A DNA stretch of 64,000 nucleotides from Eledone cirrhosa (taxonomy: Eukaryota). Below are positions 55,386 through 64,000 of this stretch, one piece after another (positions within the stretch are counted from its first letter, which is position 1; the number at the start of each line of letters is the position of its first letter). Both the position numbers and the translations under genes were made by a program. Under the pieces are notes generated by a model that ran no database searches, was not told where the DNA came from, and saw nothing but the letters and a program-made list of their open reading frames with translations. The DNA lies in the NCBI GenBank assembly GCA_964016885.1, contig OZ024744.1:78120001-78184000 (forward strand). The letters are read 5' to 3'.

Positions 55386-57614
55386 TTAGATCATCTGCGT
55401 ATAAGGTTCCCATGGGCAGCCGGTCTTGAACTCCTCTGTTATAGCCTGAAGGGCAATAATAAATAGGAGGGGGCTAAGGACGGAGCCCTGATGAACACCA
55501 ACCTTTACACTAAACTCTTCACTATATTCGTTGTTAATTCTAACTTTGCTGACTGTTTCTTTATACATGGCTTGTATAGCTCTCATAAGCCATTCATCAA
55601 CACCTAGTTTTCTAAGAGCCCACCAGATAATGGAGCAGGGGACTCTGTCAAAGGCTTTCTCCAAGTCAACAAAAGCTAAGTATAGGGGTTTACTTTTAGC
55701 TAGGTACTTCTCCTGTAGTTGTCGTACAATGAAAAGAGTGTCTGTGGTACTTTTACCTGACACAAACCCGAACTGCATTTCATCTAGATCAACTCGCTCT
55801 CTGATTAGTTGCGCTATTACTTTTTCCGTGACCTTCATGACCTGGTCGATTAATTTAATGCCTTTATAGTTACTCCTATCTAGGGCGTCTCCTTTACCCT
55901 TATAACACTTAACGATAATGCTGCTACGCCAGTCCTTCGGAACAACCCCATTCTGTATGACTTGGTTGACTATCCGGGTGAGCATGGTGTGTCCCACCGT
56001 ACCAGATGCCTTCAGCATCTCGGCAACTATTTCCGAAGGCCCAGCCGCCTTGCCTGTCTTCATATCTTTGATTGCCTTACTTATTATACTACCCTCGACT
56101 AACACTGCTGGTCCCTCTATTGGGTCGATGTGGGGGAGACTGTCTTTCTCCCATTTATTCTCCTCATTTAGTAGCCTTTCATAGTGACACTTCCAAGCTA
56201 CCTTCTTATCGGCGTCGGTGATAGCAAGTACGCCGTCATCGTTAAGTACACACTTCTCCCCGACAATATCACTGTTTTCCTTGACACATTGCCTAGCAAT
56301 CCTGAACACCTCACGTTTTTGGTCCTCACGTTGTAGAACATACTTGAACTTTCTTTCCTCTGCTTCCCTTCTTGTGAAGTACACTTGTCTCCTAGCTTCC
56401 CTCCTGGCCACTTGATAGTCTTCTCTGCTTCCCCCATCCCGCCATACTTTCCAAGCCTGCTTTTTGGCCTTAATTGACCCCTCCACCTTACTGTTCCACC
56501 ACCATGTTACTCTCCTCCTACCTACAGGCCTGCTCCAGCCACAGACTTCGTCTGTCGCCGTCAGCAGGTTTGCTTTCAGGAATTCCCACTGTTCCTCTAC
56601 CTTGTACGACTCTATTTGCTCTTCCTTACTGTCGAAAGCATCAAGTAATATGCTTTGGAATTTATTTTTGGCTGTGGGGTCCTTTAGCTTCCATATTTTT
56701 CTCCTGAGGGTGGTCCTCTTCTGTTGCCTAGTACGTCTCGTCCTGACTATTAGGTCGCTAATTATCAGTCTATGTTGGGAGGTGCATTCTTCATGGGGGA
56801 GGGATTTAGTGTTTACAACAGTCACTTTGTCACGTCTTCTGGTAAGGATATAATCTACCTGGCTGGTATGTTCCGCTGATCTGTAGGTGATCAAGTGATT
56901 GTCTCGTTTTTTGAAGTTAGTGTTGCAGATAGTTAGGTTATTTGCGTCACAGAATTCCAGGATTCTGGAGCCTTCCTCATTTCTAGTACCAAACCCATAG
57001 CCTCCATGGATTTCGTCGTAGCCGTCACAATGTTGTCCAACGTGACCGTTTAGGTCGCCTGCAATAATTATATAGTCACTGTCGGTTATTTGGGAGGTAG
57101 TGAGCATCAGTGTCTCATAGAATCTGTCTTTTATAGTGCTGGGCAGTCCGGATTGGGGTGCGTACGCGGATATTACTGTCACCGTGGTTCTATTGAGGAC
57201 AAGTCTTATTTTAATTATTCTGTCGTTCACTCTATTTACGTCTATTATCTTATCTGCCCACTTTTCTGCTACCATGATTCCTACCCCACCCAGCCCATTG
57301 TCATTTCCCACCCAGAAAAGCTTATAGCATCGTTTTCTACCCACAATGAATCTAGCAGATCCACCCCTCCGCCTGGTCTCTTGAATACAACAAACATCGA
57401 CCTCCTTACGTTCAAGCATTTCTACAACCTCGTTAGAGCGACCCTTTAAGGTACCTACATTCAAGGTACCAAATCTGAAGTTTCGGATTGCGTTTGGGGG
57501 GTGGGAAAGGTGGGGAGAGGGGGGAGATGGGGTTGTGTTAGCCATCCGCGGCCGAAACAAAGAGGCATGTTCACATTCTCGTCCTCGAGGTGTGATTGTC
57601 TTTAACTTTGGCAT
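55386..57614 (-). pseudogene. RTE LINE ORF (APE-RT), frameshifted just before YADD
   Basis: 742-aa open frame ends GCPWEPYTQMI* where the sister copy at 9759-10319 reads GCPWELLYADDL, indicating a 1-nt deletion near 55405. Confidence 0.9.
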
Positions 57615-57660
57615 TGTCGCTGAGCGTCCAGACTTTTTCTCTCTTCAACTCTCCGGAACT

Positions 57661-57770
57661 CCGTAGTCCTTCCATCCTACATACCGAAGGCGACCAGGTA
57701 AGCGATAGTATAGGCCTCTGGCTTATGATTGGTCCACGTGATAATAATGGTGGTGCGTGGGGGCGGGCGG
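57661..57770 (-). promoter_or_regulatory. Putative Pol II promoter motif cluster upstream of the RTE ORF
   Basis: GC boxes GGGCGGGCGG (57761-57770), E-box CACGTG (57735-57740), CCAAT (57728-57732, minus strand) and GGACTAC (57663-57669, minus strand), in a CpG-retaining stretch 50-155 bp from the ATG. Confidence 0.45.
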
Positions 57771-58015
57771 GAAGGGTGTTGAGTTGTTAGCGAGAAGAAT
57801 AGGTTTAAGTTAGATCCTAGTATTTAACGAACGTAAACAAAAATACAAGATTTGTTTAGTAAGATACGCCAAAAACTTCCGTATTTTACAATCAGGACAA
57901 AATACAAGAGATTTGTTTTGGAAAATACAGGAGGAAATAGGTTTGGAAGGACTATGGAATAAGCGGATGTTAGAAAGCTAGAAAAATGAGTACATTACAT
58001 TTTACCATGAAAGAG

Positions 58016-58552
<537 letters not shown>

Positions 58553-58698
58553 TCATCATCATCATCGTTTAACGTCCATGTTCCACGCTTGCATGGGTTT
58601 GGACGGGAGTTTTCCCACTTGAGGCAAGAGTGGTTGTCTTGCTCGCATAGGACTGTCTGGCAGGTTTTCTACAGCTGGATGCCCTTCCTAACACCAAC

Positions 58699-58740
<42 letters not shown>

Positions 58741-58891
58741 TATATATATATATATATATAACAACCCTTATCCTCTCTGGATTTTGGTCTTTGTATTTAT
58801 TATTACTACTGTAATATATATATATATATGTAAGAGTAAAGATTCCCTTTGGTCATGAATGACCATGGGATTTGGACCAAATGTGTGTGTA

Positions 58892-58928
<37 letters not shown>

Positions 58929-58990
58929 ATATATTGACACTCACACATGACACACAAATGTATATCCTGAATTTCTTTGGTACATTTCAG

Positions 58991-59144
58991 TCGTGGTCCA
59001 GTTCGTTTCCGATTCCAAGGATTATATGAACTCGATAGTTTAGCCGTTGTTAATGTGCGTGATGTTGACACTGTGAAAAATGCCTTTAAGATCCTTATGT
59101 TTCCTGACTCTCGAATTTATCAGACAGACAGTGCAAAATCAAAA
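58991..59144 (+). CDS. EXOC8: EXOC8 coding exon E (154 nt, phase 2 to 0), PH domain C-half
   Basis: Acceptor catttcag|, donor AAA|gtaagt. Translates RGPVRFRFQGLYELDSLAVVNVRDVDTVKNAFKILMFPDSRIYQTDSAKSK, matching EXOC8 LYSLDGLAVVNVKD...FKLLMFPESRIFQAENAKIK. Confidence 0.95.
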
Positions 59145-60409
59145 GTAAGTATTTAAAAGTAACAATAATAATAACTTTACTCACACAATCCTTGCCATCT
59201 TTGTTTGGTTATTCCTTGCAATGTATGTTTTCATAAATTTGCCTTCAAATTGGCTTGTTTTCTTTAACCCTTTAACATTTAAACCGGTCATATCTGGCCA
59301 GAATTCTTTCATCTCTTTCTGTTCAAACCGGCCATAACTGGCCACTCATACCAATGTTAAGGTATTGTTCTCAAAATAAATAACATCAAAATTTCATAGC
59401 TTCAATATTATGTGAGGTAAAGCCTTTACCATGAAAATACAATTATAAATGCCAAAGGATTAAGTGAACAGTCATTTATTTCTATTTTAATTAAAACTCT
59501 TTCATGACCATATGCCTACACTGTATTATAGTTGATTAATAATGAATTTGGAGGGATATTACTAAAATAATTAATCAAAAGATATGATAACATCCTTAGT
59601 GTTTGGTGATCTACACAATAAATACACCCAGTATGCTCTGTAAAGTGGTTGGTGATACGAAGGACATCCAGCCATAGAAAACCTGCCAAATACATCGTTG
59701 GTGCAACTCTTCAGCTGTGTCAAAGTTATGACATCCTCCCTAGGGCTGGTGCCACAATAATATGCACTTGGTAGAGCAAGGGAATGTATGTAAGCGAAAC
59801 AAGGGTCTCTGGCCCATTTCAGCACTTGGTAAGGTGCATGAATCTATGCAAGTGGACCCCCGTCACATCTGTGTGGTCAGTTGCTTCACATGAGTACTAA
59901 CTTGTTCTGTGACAACCCATCGAACCCTTGCTAGCTGGGAAAATGGACATTAAATGACAATGATAATGATGATTTTATCATTATGATGGTATTTATAAAA
60001 TATCTTAATAAATAGTTCTTATATTAAATTATGTTGAAAGATTTTAATTTAAAATATGAAGTCATTTAATATGGGGAGCTTTAGTTCATAGAACCAGAGC
60101 CAATTTTGGGTTGGTATCAAAAGGGTTAATGGTTTGTTGTGGAGGTAAGAGCTGTGTCTATGACCTTGGTTAATGGTTTGTTGTGGAGGAAAGAGCTGTG
60201 TCTATGACCTTTGTTGGTCTCTCTAAGACCAGTGAGATTGAAGCAAGTGATGTTCTTCTAAAACAGTTGCAGGAAGGAAAAACATAGATAAGAAGGAAAT
60301 TCTAAAGGATAGATATTCTTTGAATACAGGTGATGTCAGATCAGAAAGCCAGGCTACATTCAAGTCAACTATGTTTCACCACTGTAAAACTTACCAGATT
60401 CAATCAACT

Positions 60410-60640
60410 AATCAGTTGTTAGCTGCTAAGACTCTGCATCCTTTAAAACCTCCATGCTTCCTGAAATTCACCAACACTACACCTGATATCTTCCCTCCAT
60501 ACACACGCACACATGTATATTATGATTCATACACTGTTCACTTTCCTGACATTTGTACATTATTCTATGTACTATACATGCACCTTTGATGAGTTGCAGT
60601 GCACCTGAGCACTGTACACAATAATATCATTATTATTATT
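60410..60640 (+). mobile_element. CR1 3' end fragment
   Basis: Reverse complement of 12650-12885, ending in (ATT)n. Confidence 0.8.
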
Positions 60641-60649
60641 TTATAAAAT

Positions 60650-60845
60650 GGGTGGTGGATTGGCAGTATCGGTAGAGGGTCGGATGCCATGCTTTCCAGC
60701 ATAGTTACGTCCCTTTACAGTCTGAGTTCAAATCCCGCCGAGGTTAACTTTGCCTTTCATCCTTACGGGGTCGATAAAATAAAGTACCAGTAATGCACTG
60801 GGTAATTGCTGGCCTTGTGCCAAAAGTAGAAACAATTATTATTTT
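60650..60845 (+). mobile_element. tRNA-derived SINE with Meta-like central domain (other copies ~3960-4318, 17228-17450, 18560-18740, 25929-26107, 31510-31670, 46890-47105, 60935-61153, 62893-63122)
   Basis: GGTGGATTGGCAG head, GAGTTCAAATCCC B box, central GCCTTTCATCCTTACGGGGTCGATAAAATAAAGTACCAG and (ATT)n tail. The Meta-domain assignment is from recalled consensus. Confidence 0.8.
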
Positions 60846-62358
60846 ATAAAATTATAAATGGAAGTTCTTTAGAAATATTAATTTGTGGCTTTGTTTCAAT
60901 ATAAAAGAAATATTACCACATTATTATTATTGCTGGTGCTGGATTAGCAGTATTCCTAGAGCGTCAGGCTATAACTATATGCTTTGTGGCGTATAGTTAT
61001 AGCCCTTTATGTTCTGAGTTCAAATCCTACTGAGGTTAGCTTTGCCTTTCATTAATAAAATAAAATACCAGTAATGAACATGAGGTTGATTTTATGAACT
61101 TTCCCCTCTCATTCAAATTGCTGGCCTTGTGCCAAAAGTAGAAACAATTATTATTGATGGTGCTGTTGTCATTGTCAAAATGGTTGCATGACAGAAGCAG
61201 CAAATTTATGCCATTACTACCCAAACTTTGAGATAGCAACACCAGATGGAATTATCTCAGTAAAGAGCTCCAGCTTGAAATATTAAAACTTGATCTCTCC
61301 TAGTGGAAACTACATATATTATAATTCCGTCTGGAAGAAATAATTGTCAGCAATTAAATGTATTAAACTAAGATTTGATTGTTTTAATATTTTGTATATT
61401 ATAGTTCCTATATTTCCAGTAAATTTGTCACTTTAAATGCCTTACAAAATATTATTCTGTCTCACTAGAATTGAGTTTAAAGGCTGAATGAATAAAATAA
61501 GTACAGTTGTGAAACAATGTCATTTTAATAAACTTACAAATTAATGGAAGAAATTATAATTATGATTAGCATTGTGACCAAAATTCATTCATTTTATTCC
61601 TCTATATTCAAACTTCCAATCCCACCCATTATCGATATTGTTCTTCACCCTATTATGGCTGATAAAATATGTACCAGTAATACACTGGAAAATTGTAATA
61701 GAAGAAACAAGAAAACATAATTCAATCATAGAATAATCAATGTCTAGTTCTGTGTAGAGTCCACTGCCTAATTTGATACCCTATGTTCACATTTAAACCC
61801 TTTGATAACCAGATTTCTAATGAAAGACATTGTTAATGTGTTACAGTTAACTGATTGATTCCAATCTAAGATTAAATTTATTTTTACTGTGTGATTTCTT
61901 TATAAGAGGATAAAAAAAAGAACCCATCCATCACCATCATTATTATTTTCATCCACTACTGGAGGAGGGAGTTCCAGGAGCATTCTAGCTAGAATAAGAA
62001 TAGGATGGAAGAAGCTTGTTAACACAAAGGATTTCTCCTTAAGATTGAAATTTAACCCTTTAGCATTTAAACCGGTTGAGTCCATCCAGAATTCTCTCAC
62101 CTCTTTCTGTGCAAACCGGCCATAACTGGCCACTCATACTGATGTTAAGGTATTGTTCTCAAAATAAATAATATCAACATCTCATAGATTCGATATTATG
62201 TGAGATAATTCTGTGAAAATAGTATTTACCATGAACATACAATAGTAAACAATGGTTAAACAGATCAAGAAAAAAAAATAAATAAAAGGAATTAATTAAA
62301 TTTTTTAAATTTCAGGTGGCATTTTAATTTATATATTCATTAATTTATTTTTATTTAG

Positions 62359-62497
62359 CGCCAATGGCTTGACATTCTTGAAGATTCAAAAAAGAAGAAA
62401 GCTGCTCGAGACAAACAGAAAAAGGAAGCAGCAATGCGTTTAGCAGAGCAGCAAGCTGCTGTTGCTCATACATCAGTCTCAAGTGAACCATCTAATC
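62359..62497 (+). CDS. EXOC8: EXOC8 coding exon F (139 nt, phase 0 to 1)
   Basis: Acceptor ttatttag|, donor AATC|gtaaat. Translates RQWLDILEDSKKKKAARDKQKKEAAMRLAEQQAAVAHTSVSSEPSN(P), matching EXOC8 REWLEVLEDTK...TNPF. The gene continues beyond the window. Confidence 0.92.
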
Positions 62498-64000
62498 GTA
62501 AATATTTACACATTATTGATTATTTATTTCTTCCTTTCCCTTATGCTGGGACTTTCTCTAATCATCATCATCGTGATTGTTTAATGTCCATTTTTCCACA
62601 CTAGCATGGGTTAGATTGTTGTGTGATAGCTTGATGACGGCTGAGGGGGTTCTCGCAACATGGCCGAACTAGCCACCCCACTACTGTGTGCAGCAATAAT
62701 ATGGTTACTGTTATTACTGTTTATACAGTTGCCATTATAATATTTGTATTGTGTGCCCAAGATCAAACCTTCAGTTTTACAATCAAATCTTCACATAGTC
62801 TGGATCAAACTTTTTCATAGGTGCAATGTTATTTAAACAGGTCTAAGATAATCACAACTAGTTGAATTGTTGTTATTATTATTTAGTTTCTGGAGGGCGG
62901 TGGATTGGCAGTATTGGTAGAATGTTGGACAATATATTTTGCGGCATATAATTTTGGCCCTTTACTTTCTGAGTTCAAATGTCGCCAAGGTTAGCTTTGC
63001 CTTTCATCCTTACGGGATTGATAAAATAAAGTACCAGTAATGCACTAGGGTTTGATTTAATCGACTTTCCCCTATCCTTAAAAATAGTTGGTTTTGTGCC
63101 TAAATCAGAAACCATTATTATTTAGTTTCTGGTCAGCCTTTCCCCAGGAGACTCATGATCAAAAGTGTTCCAGCCATAATCACCTTGAACGTCATCTGGA
63201 TATAGTTTATTTAAGAGTACATTATGGCATACAGATTTCTTTTTGCAATTTGAAGGATAGTTGACTATTTGACTGCTATTTTGAATCAGAGGAGTGACCA
63301 TATAGAGGCTTTATAGTTTTCTTTATAAGATTATAAGAGGATAAAAAAAGAACCCATCCATCACCATCATTATTATTTTCATCCACAACTGGAACATGTT
63401 CGTGGTAGTATTGTTTAACCAAATGTATACCCCGATCAAAAAAGTTCAGGCTGCAACCAGCAAGACATTTTTCTCACACACTATATATGTAAAACTAAAT
63501 TATTCAGTGTGTCTTTGCTACTTTAACATTGTGGAATATGATTTGAATGAGATTTGACTGCTATTTTTAGCAGGCAAAGCAATCAATCACATAGAGGCTT
63601 ATGCAGAGATTCATACTATTGTTTGGATAAGCTAGCAAATTTCAGAGACATGCCACAGTTTCTCTCTTGTCTCCAGTACTGTGTTGAGTTTGAGATAAAA
63701 GATACTTAACTGTAAATGGCTTAGTTCAGCAAGCTATAGAATGGTACAATGGTGAAGAACAGTTAATTTCTGTACACAGTCCATATCTAGCTGTAAATGG
63801 ATTCATTGATAGATGTTGTCCACAACTAACTCTAGTAGTTCTACTTACAATAAAGAGATACCATGGGAAAGTACAAATACACTAGTACATTATACTAGTG
63901 TACCGAATACAGTTCACTACTGTACAAGCTACATCTGCCTAGAAATATGTACCATGTTGAGGTATGGTTTATGGATGTATACAGTCCACCTAACTGTAAA

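Larger units (their letters stand above)
54481..58015 (-). mobile_element. Near-full-length RTE-clade LINE (APE endonuclease + RT + PHD-type finger), inactivated by two lesions
   Basis: ORF 57614-55386 has APE motifs (TLNVGTL, CIQETR, AGDLNGHVG, VDYIL, SQHRL) and RT motifs (FVDLEKAFD, GVHQGSVLSPLLF). YADD and the C-terminal RLRWYGHVMR/GRPRKTW continue in shifted frames (55413-54976, 55048-54536). The 3'UTR is cut at a (TA)n tract. The 5' boundary is approximate. Confidence 0.93.

Noticed and set aside
60124-60211. 44-bp tandem duplication beginning at a MITE end
   Set aside because: It is real but a simple local duplication with no sign of function.

Overview
AT-rich eukaryotic genomic DNA. 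The repeat content (RTE LINEs with (GAT)n tails, tRNA-derived CORE- and Meta-type SINEs, huge (TA)n tracts) points to a mollusc, probably an octopus-like cephalopod; this is inference. The only host gene I can support is a + strand, intron-rich EXOC8/Exo84 orthologue. Six GT-AG exons (8600-62497) splice in frame and encode the N-terminal helical region and PH domain. The first exon was not located and the 3' exons lie beyond the window. The introns hold a near-full-length minus-strand RTE LINE (APE + RT + embedded PHD-type finger) and several truncated copies. They also hold CR1, Tx1-like, Expander-like, CRE-like and mariner relics, a non-autonomous Helitron, piggyBac/hAT/Tc1-mariner MITEs, SINEs, a 27-bp minisatellite and a ~3.8-kb (TA)n field. 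Main observations: (1) a ~210-bp-arm fold-back element in the TA field carrying two divergent minimal hammerhead-ribozyme motifs, with a related fold-back copy at 29.8 kb; (2) a C4HC3 PHD finger inside the RTE reverse transcriptase; (3) two near-identical RTE copies in opposite orientation flanking one EXOC8 exon; (4) a SINE-LINE partner pair and multi-level nested insertions. Most ORFs in the supplied track are repeat artefacts.
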